Source: Octopus sinensis (Eukaryota). Taken from it: DNA of 64,000 nt. Both the position numbers and the translations under genes were made by a program. A model generated the notes under the pieces. The model was not told where the DNA came from and ran no database searches. It was given only the letters and a program-made list of their open reading frames with translations. Shown in pieces: positions 13,268 to 26,492 of the stretch; position 1 is the first letter of the stretch, and each line of letters starts with the position of its first letter. Where the stretch lies: NCBI RefSeq assembly GCF_006345805.1, contig NC_043010.1, positions 11,408,001 to 11,472,000 on the forward strand. The letters run 5' to 3'.

Positions 13268-13960
13268 TTTATTCTTTTACTTGTTTCAGTCATATGATTG
13301 TGGCCATGTTGGAGCAGAGCCTTAAAGGGTTTTAGTCAAAGAAGTCGACCCCTTCTCCCTTGTAAGCCTGGTACTTATTCCATTGGTCTTTTTTGCTGAA
13401 CCACTAAGTTACAGGGATATAAACACACCAAAATCAATTGTCAAGCAATAGCAGGGAGACAAACGCACACACACACACAGACACACACGCACACACAAAC
13501 ACACACACACACACACAAAAACACACACACAAACACACACACACACACACACACACAAACACGAAAATATATACATAAAATATATGTGCAAAATGAACTT
13601 CTTTCAGTTTCCATCTACCAGATCCACTCACAAGGCACTTGGAGCAAGTGTCTTCTGCTATAGCCTTGGGCCGACCAAAGCCTTGTGAGTGGATTTGGTA
13701 GACAGAAACTGAAAGAAGCCTGTCGTGTATATATATATATATATGTATGTATGCATATGTATGTATGTATATGTTTGTGTGTCTGTGTTTCTCCACTCAA
13801 CGTCACTTGACAACCGATGGTGGTGTGTTTATGTCCCCGTCACTTAGGTTCGGCAAAAAGACCGATTGAATAAGTACTAAGCTTCCAAAGAATAAGTCCC
13901 GGGGTCGATTTGCTCGAGTAAAAGCAGTGCTCCAGCATGGCCACAGTTAAATTACTGAAA
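13268..13960. mobile_element. Two headless family A SINEs fused head-to-head (minus 13268-13636, plus 13637-13960)
   Basis: A 39-bp inverted match flanks the junction. Confidence 0.75.
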
Positions 13961-14096
13961 CAAAATATAAGAAGCATTTTGTCCAGGTTTGGTAATGATT
14001 CTGCCAGCTTGCAACCTGATAATATTAAATAGGGCTTAGCAAAGTAGATAGAGCTACATCTTACAGAGTAGCATTTTATTTGTATGTGTGTTTATT

Positions 14097-14130
<34 letters not shown>

Positions 14131-14752
14131 TGTGTCTGTGTATGTATGCATATATATATATATATTATATATATATATATTATATATATATATATATATA
14201 GATAGATATAGATAGATATAGAAAAAGTGAAAGAGAAAAGGAAAGAAAGAAAGAAAGAGTGAGAGGATGTAAACAATTCCATTTAGAAGGGTTGATGGTA
14301 TATAATCGTACAATTTGCAATACCCAGGGTATTAAAACTGAGACATTATCAGTTAACAAAAGCGTGGGTGTGTATATGGTCATCCAGCCACCAAATCTCT
14401 CAGAACATTTGATAATGTAATTCTTTAATGCCCTACATTTGGGGGAAAAACATGATGCAATTGCCTTTCATTATAGATTCACCATGATTAGGCCGATCTG
14501 GGGCTAAGCAACAACATCCAATTCTTCTTCATCATCATCATCATCATTGACTAATAATCAGGTGAAAAATTATAACTCAGATCTCTAACTGGACCATATT
14601 ACTCAGAGATTTATGGAATTCCAAAACTGTTTACATCAGTAAGCTGTACCAACCTATCAAACCTATTTACCACTTAACTCATTCAGCAAGGTTTAATACC
14701 TTGGTTATTGATATTGTATATGTACCGTTAATTCTTCTCAATGGAATAATTT

Positions 14753-14754
<2 letters not shown>

Positions 14755-14787
<33 letters not shown>

Positions 14788-14864
14788 TATCTACTTCCCT
14801 ATCTACCTACCTACTTGTCTGTCTGTCTATCTATCTATCTATCAATCAATCAATCAATCAATCA

Positions 14865-14911
<47 letters not shown>

Positions 14912-14940
14912 CATCCATCCAACCATCCGTCTGTCCATCC

Positions 14941-14971
<31 letters not shown>

Positions 14972-15116
14972 AATCCATCTATCCATTTATCCCTCTATCT
15001 ATCTATCCATCTATCTCTCTATCTATCTATCTACCTATCTATCTATCTATCTATCTATCTATCTGTCTGTCTGTCTGTCTGTCTATCTGTCTATCTATCA
15101 ATCTATCTATCTATCC

Positions 15117-15172
<56 letters not shown>

Positions 15173-15213
15173 GTCTGTCTGTCTGTCTATCTGTCTATCT
15201 AACAATCTATCTA

Positions 15214-15286
<73 letters not shown>

Positions 15287-15326
15287 GTCTGTCTGTCTGT
15301 CTGTCTATCTGTCTATCTATCAATCA

Positions 15327-15370
<44 letters not shown>

Positions 15371-15372
15371 CC
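14755..15372. repeat. (CT)n/(ATCT)n/(GTCT)n compound microsatellite
   Basis: Direct reading. Confidence 0.97.
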
Positions 15373-15379
15373 CTTCATG

Positions 15380-15980
15380 CTGGATGTATCATAGTGGTTG
15401 CACAATATGTTAATTATATCTCACCATTGTACAACAAGCATTAAAATGTGTGAAAACAATTGTAGTGATTTGAATAAATCACCCCATTTTCTATTGTTTA
15501 TCTATTTATTCATCAATATATGTATACACACACACAAAACACACACAATGAGAAAATACCCGTACAAATGCAATGTCGAGCATTTCAACCAAAACAGGAT
15601 TTGGAATCTCTGAACTGTAACTAGCAACTACTGAACCATAAGAAAACAGGAAATAATTAATATGATATTTAAATTATAATCAAATAAACATCCAATAAAA
15701 AAAACCCTAAGCAAGCAGGATTTAAAACAACTAAGCGGAAGTGAGAAAAACAGAATATCAAGCATAGGAGGACAGTTAAGAAACGCTTCATGAATGGGAA
15801 AAATTCAAAAATAAAAACAATACATAAATAATTATGTAGAAGACAAATGAAAATATAGCACAAATAATAAATAAAGGACACTAGGAAAATGAATAGGCAA
15901 ACATTGTAGTTTTTACAAAATTAGCATGAACACTGAGAAACAGTTCTTGCCTGAAGATTGTAGTGGCATGAAACTAGTCA
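15380..15980 (+). pseudogene. Probable Penelope-like element relic: GIY-YIG-like fragments followed by a hammerhead-like motif
   Basis: Degenerate [10 protein letters not shown]...*INH and NVEHFNQ...RKQEIINMIFKL*SNKHP, followed by CTGAAGA-TTGTAGTGGCAT-GAAACTAGTC at 15951-15979. Confidence 0.45.
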
Positions 15981-16257
15981 TATGAAAAAAATTCAGCTAA
16001 CATGTGTACATGTGTGTGTGTTTGTATACAAACATACAGGTATAAATACACATATATGCACATGTATGTGTATATATACATACATGCATACATATATATA
16101 TATATATATACATATGTATATATATATACATACACACATACACACACACACACATATACATATATATATAACTGTATGACTGTATATATATATATATATA
16201 TATATATACATACACACACACACACTCATATATATATATATATATGCACATATATTA

Positions 16258-16480
16258 TCATCATCATCATCATCGTTTAACGTCCGTTTTTCATGTGGAG
16301 TTGGATAGAGTTGGATAGTTTAACTGAGGTCTGGAGAGCCAGCGACTGCACCAAGGTCTAAGCTAATCTGGCAATGTTTCTACAGCTGGATGCCCTTCCA
16401 AATGCCAACCACTCTAAGAGTGTTGTGGGTGCTTTTTATGTGCCACCAACACAGGAGCCACCCAGGCAGGCATGACATCG
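16258..16480 (-). mobile_element. Family E retroposon, older copy with ~1 monomer
   Basis: CATCATCGTTTAACGTCC...GCTGGATGCCCTTCC...GGGTGCTTTTTATGTGCCACC. Confidence 0.7.
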
Positions 16481-17527
16481 TTCATATATATATATATGTA
16501 ATAGAAATATGTTACAAAAAGAGAATAGAAACTACATGAGGAAATGTGGAAATGTATGGGGAAAGTAAGTAGAAAAATAAGCAAAATTGCACATTGGAAA
16601 TCAAAAAAAGTAAAGGCTTTTTATGAAAAGTAATGACAAATATATACAACTAGATGAACTGAGGTAGGACTAAAAGTAATAAAAGTCATTATTGTGAATT
16701 GTCAAAGAGATTTAAAAGCATACTGGTTTCATAAATTTACTAATCATTCTTTTGAATGCACACTGATTAATGAACGGTGTCAGGTCTACTAGTCCTGAGT
16801 AAAAAGGGAGGTAAGTAGTTCTGGATTTGATGCAGTTAGGTAGATATAGATCTGTAATGTGAATGGTGTATGGGATGTATGGGGGTTAGTGGTATTAATT
16901 GAAAGGTTAGTAGTGTTCTGTATTATGTTATGTGTTCATATTGAGTTAGGGAAGGTATTTATTGATGAAAGTTGCCTCTTTATTCATTCTTTGTTGCACT
17001 GAGGTGTTCTGTGAACATTGATAGAAGGGGAAAACGTATGAATAAGAATGAAAAAAGAGGTAACTTTCATCAAGGTACAGTACATAGAATTATGTTCAAA
17101 AGCAAGGAAAGTGAGCAGAGTATGAGTCATGATATACATGTGTGCATGTGTATGGAGCATGGGATATCAGGTGTAGTGTTGGCAAATTTTGGGAAACATG
17201 GAGGTTTTAAAGGATGCAATATCTTGGCAAATGCTTGGGATCAGGTTGGGATGAGAATTTGTTATATGCTAGCAGTGGAAATTCAAATTCTAAAAGAACT
17301 CTCAAAATTTGTGAACTTACAAACATTTCATTTAAACTGAATTTAAATTAATACCATATTGGTAGAGTACCAATAAATGTCTTATTATTATTGCTCTCTT
17401 TAGTTTTGGGCCACAGGCCTAAATAGCCCTCCACAGGAGATAGGTTAAAAGTTCACACAGAATGCAGGTTTTAAGCTAGCTTATAATACATCTGTCTTTT
17501 TAAACACATCTCAACACATCTACTCGT

Positions 17528-17917
17528 TACTCTTTTACTTGTTTCAGTCATTTGACTGCGGCCATGCTGGAGCACCGCCTTTAGTTGAGCAAATCGACCC
17601 CGGGACTTATTCTTTTTGTAAGCCCAGTACTTATTCTATCAGTCTCTTTTGCCGAACCGCTAGGTGACGGGGACGTAAACACATCAGCATCGGTTGTCAA
17701 GCAATGCTAGGGAGACAAACACAGACACACACACATACATATATACATATATACGACAGGCTTCTTTCAGTTTCCGTCTGCCAAATCCACTCACAAGGCA
17801 TTGGTCGACCCGGGGCTATAGCAGAAGACACTTGCCCAAGATGCCACGCAGTGGGACTGAACCCGGAACCATGTGGTTGGTTAGCAAGCTACTTACCACA
17901 CAGCCACTCCTGCGCCT
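17528..17917 (-). mobile_element. SINE family A, young subfamily
   Basis: Near-identical to the copies at 33825, 39307 and 42394. Confidence 0.92.
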
Positions 17918-18813
17918 GTTTTTTTTTTTTAAATACAGATGCATTTTAAGAGAAAAGGGGGTTGTATTGAAACACTCATAGAACAGTTAAGTATTTTGTT
18001 TGAAGTTACTGCCACTATTTTACTTTGTGGAAATATACACCATACTCTTAGTTATGTATTGTGTGCTTCTTTAGTTAAAGTTTATTCCATGTTGCTCCAG
18101 TCAACTCAGCTGGCAAAAATATGTGGTACCTGTAATTCAAAGGGATGCCCTTGTCACAATCAGTGTCACACTGAATCTCCTTGAGAATTACATTTAGGGT
18201 GTACCTGTCTGTGGAGAGCTCAACCACTTGCATGTTAAACTCACAAGCAGGCTGTTCTGTTGATCAGATCAACTTGAGCACTCATGGTCGTAACTGGTGC
18301 AGAGAGAGAATCAGCTACACTTTCATAGACTTTACACGTCTTTCTATATAATCAACTCCATCTTTTTCTTACTCTCTCCCTCACATCCATGTGTGTGTCT
18401 ATACACACACATACACACATACATACATACATACATGCACACACAAATGTGTATGACAAAGATAAAGAGAGTAGACCTCAGCTTACGAATGCTTCACATC
18501 ATGAACATATTGGTTTACAACCTATTTTTCAAATGGAAAATGTCTCAGGTGATAAACAGCGTCTGGAGTAATGAACATGCAGGCTAGCAACAACAGTTGG
18601 CAACAAGCTAGAAGAACCAGCAGGGGAGCATCCGTTGGTGCCTAGCTTTCACTCAGTGCAAATCCCCTGCTTAAGTTTGCTGGGCCTTCTTTAGAATTTC
18701 CTATGGGAAAAATAGTTTCAGTTTATGAATATTTCAGGTGATGAACAACTTTCAGGAAGAAATTAAATTTGTAAACTGAAGTTCCACTGTATATAGATAG
18801 ATGGATGGATAGG

Positions 18814-18893
<80 letters not shown>

Positions 18894-19791
18894 GATATTT
18901 CTTTATTAGCCACACAGGGCTGCACACAGATGGGACAAGTTACAAGGTAGAGCTTTTCTTTTAGGGGATGAAAAAAACAAAAAACAAAAAGCAAAAGAAA
19001 CAATAAAAAGGTGGCATAGGTTTTCCATCAAAAGGGATTGTAAAAGGAAAAAAAAGAACAAAAAAGAAAAAAAAAGAAGAAAAGGAAAAGGAACAAAAGA
19101 AAAGAGAAATGAAAAAAAATAGAAGAAAAAAGGGGAAAAAAAGGGGAAGAGGGAAAGAAAAGCGATCAATAGATAGATAGATAGATAGATAGACAGACAG
19201 ATAGACAAACAGACAGATAGATAGAGAGGGACAGAGAGAGAGAGGGAGGGACAGATAGCTAGAGAGAGAGAGAGAGAGAGAGAGGGACAGAGAGAAATAG
19301 TGTTCCATTTGTATAATAGTATTTGACATTGAACAGTAAATGGAAACCTATATGTGTGTATCTGTGAAAAGTCACGTGTGTGTGTGCATGCATGTGTATG
19401 TGTATGTGTGCACATGTGTGTGCATGTGCGTTTCTGTTCATTTGCAAGAGTATATGTTCACATATTCTCTTTCACACATGCACACACACACACACACACA
19501 CACATACACACACACACTCATTCACACACATACACTAATGCACATGTACACACCCGTACTCACATGTTTGTTCCTTCTCGAGCCATGCCGGGCTCATAAG
19601 GGCCGGTTTCCCAGTTTCCTTGGCGTATAGGTTCTCCACCTGGACGGGACGCCGGTCCGTCGCAGGTGAGCTGCAAGATGCAGGAGGAAAGAGTGAGAGA
19701 AAGTCGTGGCGAAAGAGTCAGCAGAAGTTTCGCAATTACCTTCTGCCGGAGCCTCATGGAGCTTAGGTGTTTCACTCATAAACACACACAT

Positions 19792-20197
19792 AGTTGCAAG
19801 AGTGGCTGTGTGGTAAATAGCTTGTTTACCAACCACATGGTTCCGGGTTCAGTCCCACTGCATGGCACCTTGGGCAAGTGTCTTCTACTATAGTCTCGGG
19901 CCGACCAAAGCCTTGTGAGTGGATTTGGTAGACGGAAACTGAAAGAAGCCCGTCGTATATATGTATATATATATGCGTGTGTGTGTTTGTGCATCTGTGT
20001 TTATCCCCCTAGCATTGCTTGACAACCGATGCTGGTGTGTTTATGTCACCGTTACTTAGCGGTTCGGCAAAAGAGACCGATAGAATAAGTACTGGGCTTA
20101 CAAAAGAATAAGTCCCGGGGTCGAGTTGCTCGATTAAAGGCACTGCTCCAGTATGGCTGCAGTCAAATGACTGAAACAAGTAAAAGAGTAAAGAGTA
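19792..20197 (+). mobile_element. SINE family A nested in the family B-related SINE
   Basis: tRNA-like head GGAGTGGCTGTGTGGTAA..GGTTCAGTCCC, CORE-like ACCTTGGGCAAGT, internal (TA)n(TG)n, tail (AAAGAGTA)n. Confidence 0.9.
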
Positions 20198-20258
20198 CAT
20201 CGCCCCGGTCTGAGATTCAAACCCGCGATCCCTCGACCGTGTGTCAGCTGCTCTAACC

Positions 20259-20486
20259 TATTTCTTTATTACCCACAAGGGGCTAAACACAGAGGGAACA
20301 AACAAGGACAGACAAAGGGATTAAGTCGATTAAATCGACCCCAGTGCGTAACTGGTACTTAATTTATCGACCCCGAAAGGATGAAAGGCAAAGTCGACCT
20401 TGGCGGAATTTGAACTCACAACATAACGCAGACGAAATACCGCTAAGCATTTCGCCCGGCGTGCTAACGTTTCTGCCAGCTCGCCG
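20259..20486 (-). mobile_element. SINE family C nested in the family B-related SINE
   Basis: 11-bp TSD CTGCTCTAACC. Central GGTCGACTTTGCCTTTCATCCTTTCGGGGTCGATAAA resembles the Meta domain, from memory. Confidence 0.9.
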
Positions 20487-22199
20487 CTGCTCTAACCACT
20501 AGGCCATGTGCCTCCACACCCGTACTCACATGCCTACAACAAACACTTTAATTCATACATACACTGAGTCACAGAGGCGAATCCTTCGGTTAAACACAGG
20601 CAAATAACCAGACAAGCAAACTGAACACAAGTTTGAAGGAAAAAGAAAAAAAACTTCCTAATCATTCATTTAAACCGAAAGCCAGCAACGCATCAATTTG
20701 TAGTTTCAAAACCCTTCGTTGAATAGATCAAATCAGAATGCTATTTACTATTAATTGCAACTGTTAATTATTTTGAAGATTGATCATTAAACCCTCCGAT
20801 GTATGTAAATAAAATAATTATTGCAAGCAACTCAAGTTTATTGTTCTATTCATTCCAGGTTTAAATAGAATCTTTAATTTAGTTATGGCAGCGATGAACG
20901 GGAATAGATTGGTTTATGTAGCTAGGTTCATTAGCACCATCTGTGTGTGTGTGTGTGTGTGTTTGTATGTTGTTCTGTTAATATGTTTCAAAGTTCCAGC
21001 CAATAATGAAGGAGCTGTTCTTCAATCCAGAAACAAGGTTCTTTCTATTGGAATTCAGATGACATCACCGAAGCAATTATGCATGTATGTATGTATGTAT
21101 GTATGTATGCATGTATGTATGTATGTATGTATGTATGTATGTTTGTAAGAATGTATGCATGTATGTATGTATGTATGTATGCATGTATGTATGTATGTAT
21201 GTATGTATGTATGTATGTATGTATACATTATGTATGTATGTGTGTACGTACGTATGTATGTATGTATGTATGCATGTATGTATGCATGCATGCATGTATG
21301 TATGTATGTATGTATGTATGTATGCATGCATGTATGTATGTATGTATGTATGTATACATTATGTATGTATGTGTATACGTACGTATGTATATATGTATGT
21401 ACGTATGTATGTAAGACTATATGCATGTATGTATGGATGGATGCACACACACATACACACACACGCACACACACATATATATATATATGCATGTTGTATA
21501 TAAGTATTCAGGCATGTAAGCATGTATGTATGTATGTATATGTATGTATGTTTGTATGTATGTATGACAATATGTAAGAATGTATTTAAGCAAGTATGCA
21601 TGTGTGTCTGCATATATGTACATATGTATGCATGTATGTATGTAAATATGTATGTCTTTATGTCTCTATGTATATATATACATATATATATATATGTGTG
21701 CATGTGTATATGTACATATGTACGTATGTTTGTATATACTTATACAAGTATGTCTATACCACTGAATTAGCCCATACATGTACCCACTTACATCTTCGCA
21801 TACAGGAATGCTGCACTGTATGCAAATTGATCTGTTTTAACTTAAGTATGTGTGTATGTGTGCATATACACCAGTTCTTAGTTATATACACATCTATACA
21901 CACTGCAGGCAAAACTCCTGGAATATTTTTTACTTATTTTCACAATTCCATTAACAGGCTTGTAATTGTAATCTTGCAGGCATGTGTGTGTGTGTGTGTG
22001 TGTGTGGATGCACATTGCCTAATGGTTAGCATGTTGCACTCGTGATAATAAGATTGTGGTTTCAAATCCTGGAACCAGGCAATGTGTTGTGTTCTTGAGC
22101 AGAACATTTCATTTCAAATTGTTCCTGTTTAGTCAGTAGGCAAAAATAGTAATCTTGCAGTGGACCAGCATCCCATCCATGGGGAAATATGTAGGGAGA

Positions 22200-22490
22200 G
22201 TTTACGAAAAAAACAAAAGACGAAGACAGGAGGTGTACAAAGCAAACAGATGTATTAGCATAATGCTCAGGATTAGAAAAAGTCTTTTGTTTCAAGCCTA
22301 CGCTCTTCTACAGAAAGGGACACAGAAAAAAACAAAAGACGAAGGCAGATGGTGTACAAATAAACAAATGTATTAGGATAACGCTCAGGAATAGAAAAAG
22401 TCTTTTATGTTTCGAGCCTATGCTCTTCTACAGAAAGGGACACAAAAAAAGACAAGGAGAGAAAAAAATGTGTGTAGTGGCTAATGATCT
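22200..22490 (-). repeat. Tandem ~120-bp duplication of the same Penelope-type repeat, each unit with a degenerate hammerhead-like motif (22283-22317, 22401-22437)
   Basis: Minus strand has CTTTCTGTAGAAGAGCGTAGGCTTGAAAC-AAAAGA and CTTTCTGTAGAAGAGCATAGGCTCGAAACATAAAAGA. It is homologous to 54490-54690. Confidence 0.6.
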
Positions 22491-22786
22491 ATCATGGCGA
22501 CTGTGTACACCATAGAATCTTGGAAAACTGGTTTTATTAGCCTATGCCTTGGGATGGACTTTTGACCTTTCATGCATGCATGTATGTATTTATGTATGTA
22601 TGTATATGTATGTATATATGTAGTTATGTATGTACATATGTATATATGTATGCATGTATGTATGTATGTATGTATGTATGTATGTATGTACATACGTATG
22701 TATGTATGTATGTATGTATATATATGTATGAATATATATATATGTATGTATGTATGTACGTAGTTATGTAATTGTATGTATATATG

Positions 22787-22839
<53 letters not shown>

Positions 22840-22964
22840 GTGTGTGTGTGTATGTATGTATGCATGTATGTATATATGTAGTTATGTATGTACATATGTA
22901 TGTAAGTAAGTATGTACGTATGTATGTATGTATGCATGTATGTATGTATGTATGAATATATCTA

Positions 22965-22996
<32 letters not shown>

Positions 22997-23447
22997 GTTA
23001 TGTAATTGTATGTATTTGTGTTTATGCCTATTTATCTATGTAGAAGTGTAGCTAAGTTTGACTACACCATTGAAGTTGTGGATAAAATATCTTAGCGCAT
23101 TCATTGCAACTCTCTACCTTCAAGTCTAAATCTTGCTTTTCATCCGGTCAAGATTGCTAAATACTAATCCACTTGATAAGTACTAATCCAGCACAATGCT
23201 GGGTCAATTATTCCTACAACCCATCACTCTCTTTCTCACTCTCGCTCTCTCTCTCTCTCTCATCATCACCATCTCTGAATTGGCTACATTGCATGATAAG
23301 AAGGTTAATTGACAGCACAGAGCAGAGCTTCACAACCTGGATTAACTGCATCCACAGGGAGCGCATGATGGCATTTCAGGGGTCGTGAAAAAGGGGAAAA
23401 GCATGTACTTTAATTTAAATAATCACGTTTCAAAATAAAAGCATTAA

Positions 23448-24102
23448 CGTAGGAGTGGCTGTGTGGTAAGTAGCTTGCTAACCAACCACATGGTTCTGGG
23501 TTCAGTCCCACTGTGTGGCACCTTTGGCAAGTGTCTTCTACTTTAGCCTCGGGCCAACCAAAACCTTGTGAGTGGATTTGGTAGATGGAAACAAAAGAAG
23601 CCCATGGTATATATGTATATATATATATGTATGTGTGTGTATTGTGTTTGTCCCCCCACCAACATCGCTTGACAACCGATGCTTGTGTGTTTACATCCCC
23701 GTAACTTAGCAGTTCGGCAAAAGAGACCAATAGAATAAGTACTAGGCTTACAAAGAAGAAGTCCTGGGGTCAATTTCCTCGACTAAAGGCGGTGCTCCAG
23801 CATGGCCACAGTCAAATGACTGAAACAAGTAAATGAGAATGAGAAATGAGAAAATAAATCTTACAAATATCTATAGTCTACATAGCACAACAAGGAATTT
23901 ATCATCCTGCATATATAGATTTATCTTTTAAAAAATTCTGGTGGCTGTGTGGTAAGTAGCTTGCTTACCAATCACATGGTTCTGGGGTCAGTCCCACTGT
24001 GTGGCACCTTGGGCAAGTGTCTTCTGCTATAGCCTCGAGCTGACCAAAGCCTTGTAAGTGGATATGGTAGATGGAAACTGAAAGAAGCCTGTCATATATA
24101 TG

Positions 24103-24135
<33 letters not shown>

Positions 24136-24338
24136 TTGTGCATCTGTGTTTGTTCCCCCAACATCACTTGACAACCGATGCTAGTGTGTTTACATCCCCA
24201 TAACTTAGTGGTTCAGCAAAAGAGACTGATAGAATAAGTACTAGGCTTACAAAGAATAAGTCCTGGGGTCGTTTTGCTCGACTAAAGGCGGTGCTCCAGC
24301 ATGGCCACAGTCAAATGACTGAAACAAGTAAAAGAGTA
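23448..24338 (+). mobile_element. Two consecutive family A SINEs (23448-23836, 23941-24338)
   Basis: Both have head, microsatellite and tail. Confidence 0.88.
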
Positions 24339-24524
24339 ATTGGACAGGATGGGATCTGCTAGGCTTAATTACCCAAAACATATGATGTCTTACAGTAATG
24401 TTTTTATGGCTTCACCATCCACCAGGAGTACTTCGGAGAAAAGACATGTAGATGTATGTATCTATATTTGTATGTCTTGAAGACGTTCTATCTTATTTTC
24501 TATCCTTTATTCAATTTCAGTTAG

Positions 24525-24921
24525 CGTCCCCAAAGTCCATCCCCTTCTCACCGTGGTGGGAATGCTGGCAATAGGTAGTGTTAGAGCTATGCCGTTGGGA
24601 ACTTCGGTTCCTGGTAGGGCCACCCAAGGCAGATTGGTCTGACATCGAGGGATATTAGAGCCACAACCTGGCAGATGGGGCTCTGGTGAAAATTCTCAGA
24701 GTGTCTGTTTCGGCAACCTCGGTCATTCTGTCCCTGCGTCTACGGGCAATCTGCAGCAAACAGGATGTCTCTACATGCGGGATTGTTGGGGACTACTTGT
24801 GAAATTCATATTCCCACGAAACTTCTTCCACTGCCATGGTTCTAGATGCCTCAAGGGTGGTAGATGAAGCCGACTCAACCCGCCCAGGGTGAATATCACC
24901 ACAAGTACAAGTAAGTAAGTA
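24525..24921 (+). mobile_element. RTE/BovB-related non-autonomous retroposon with (CAAGT/AAGT)n tail
   Basis: GC-rich island containing GAGCTATGCCG...AGGGCCACCCAAGGCAGATTGGTC, which resembles the BovB/Bov-A 5' region from memory. It ends CACAAGTACAAGTAAGTAAGT. Confidence 0.55.
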
Positions 24922-25479
24922 ATTTATTGGTCTGTAGCTATGCTGGGGCACCACTTTGAAGAGTTTCGGTAAACAAATCGAACCAAATATGTGTGTGTGT
25001 GTGAAAGAGGAAGAGAGAGAAAGACAGAGAGGGAGAAAGAGAAAGAGAGAGTGGGAGAAAGAAAGAAAAAGATAGAGAGAAAGAGAAAGAGAGAGACAGA
25101 AAGAGAGAATGACCCCTGCAAGCATGGCAAAGTGGATGTTAAAAAATGATAACAACCGTGTTTGCTCAAACGCAATTCAGCTGAAAGATAGTATGAGATT
25201 TTGATGAAATTTGGTTACCAATCAATCATATAGATGCTCCCTAATTATGCATGTGTGTATACTTGTTTAAAACCTTAAGTATTTGTAAAGGACCGTGACA
25301 AGACAAACAAAGACAAAACCAATGGTAATCAAAATATACCAGCTTTGACTGATGAATGAAGTTAACAAATATAAGACTTGGAGGAAATTGTTGTTGTTAA
25401 GATTGGCACTTACAGTCAAAAATTATTCCAGCCATGAGAATCCAGCTTTATTTCTTGCTTTCAGGCATAATGCATTTAA

Positions 25480-25700
25480 CCCTTTAGCATTTAAACCGGC
25501 CATATCTAGCCAAAAATATTCTACTTGTTTTATGTTCAAACTAGCCATATCTGGTCTCTCACACCAGCCCTACAATACCGTTTAAAAAATTAACAGCTAC
25601 CTTATTAAAATCTCATAGCTACAAGATAATGCATGATTAGTTCAAAACAATGTAGATGAAGAAGCATTAATTTTGACAGAATAATGCGAACACTAAAGGG
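25480..25700. mobile_element. piggyBac-type MITE (221 bp)
   Basis: TTAA-CCCTTTAG...CTAAAGGG-TTAA. Confidence 0.7.
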
Positions 25701-25964
25701 TTAAGATTATATTACTGTATGAACTGTGCCTTCTCTGTAAGATGGTAAGGTGTAAATTTAAGGAAGATTTGGCTTATATTTCTAACCAAGCATTCCCTCA
25801 ATAGAGGAAGGAATAAGCCATCACTGAGTGGAGGCTCTTAGAAAATAGAATCGTCTCAGATGGCTCTGAGATAATTCCTGATTCTCAATATTTACTGCTT
25901 CTAAGGCAGCAAACTGGTAGAATTGTTACCCTGCTGGGCAAAATGCTTAGTGGTATTTTGTCCA

Positions 25965-26197
25965 AAGGCAGCGAGCTGGCAGAAACGTTAGCACGCCGGG
26001 CGAAAGGCTTCGCAGTATTTCGTCTGCCGTTACGTTCTGAGTTCAAATTCCACCGAGGTAGACTTTGCCTTTCATCCTTTTGGGGTCGATAAATTTACTA
26101 CCAGTTATGCACTGGGGTCGATGTAATTGACTTAATCTGTTCGTCTGTCCTGGTTTGTCCCCTCTGTGTTTAGCCCCTTGTGGGTAGTAAAGAAATA
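25965..26197 (+). mobile_element. Young SINE family C inserted into an older family C copy (25905-26270)
   Basis: 13-bp TSD GGTATTTTGTCCA. Confidence 0.88.
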
Positions 26198-26492
26198 GGT
26201 ATTTTGTCCATCTTTATGCTTTGAGTTCAAATTCTGCCAAGATTAACTTTGCCATTTTTCCTTTCAGAGTTTGTTCTTTCGTTTGTTTCCGTCATTTGAC
26301 TGTAGCCATGCTGGAGCACCACCTTTAGTCAAGCAAATCGACTCCAGGACTTATTCTTTGTAAGCCTATTCTATTGGTCTCTTATGCCGAACCACTAAGA
26401 TATTGGGATGTAAATACACCAGCATCGGTTGTCAAGCAATGGTGTGGGGAACACATACATATATCTATATATATATGTACATATATACATAT

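Larger units (their letters stand above)
19568..20516 (-). mobile_element. Family B-related SINE with tail type 3 (V-domain-like), split by two younger SINEs
   Basis: 17-bp TSD ACACCCGTACTCACATG on both sides. Body contains CCTGCGACGGACCGGCGTCCCGTCCAGG. Confidence 0.85.

Noticed and set aside
16720-17340. 122-aa ORF or LINE 3' relic (similar hint at ~28570-28850)
   Set aside because: The resemblance to CR1/L2 C-termini is only vague, with no diagnostic motif recoverable by eye.
18642-18720. Terminal protocadherin exon after strong acceptor TTTTTCCCATAG at 18701
   Set aside because: Phase 0 gives only EILKKAQQT* and phase 1 gives GNSKEGPANLSRGFALSES*. There is no family motif or other support, and it cannot be told from chance without RNA data.
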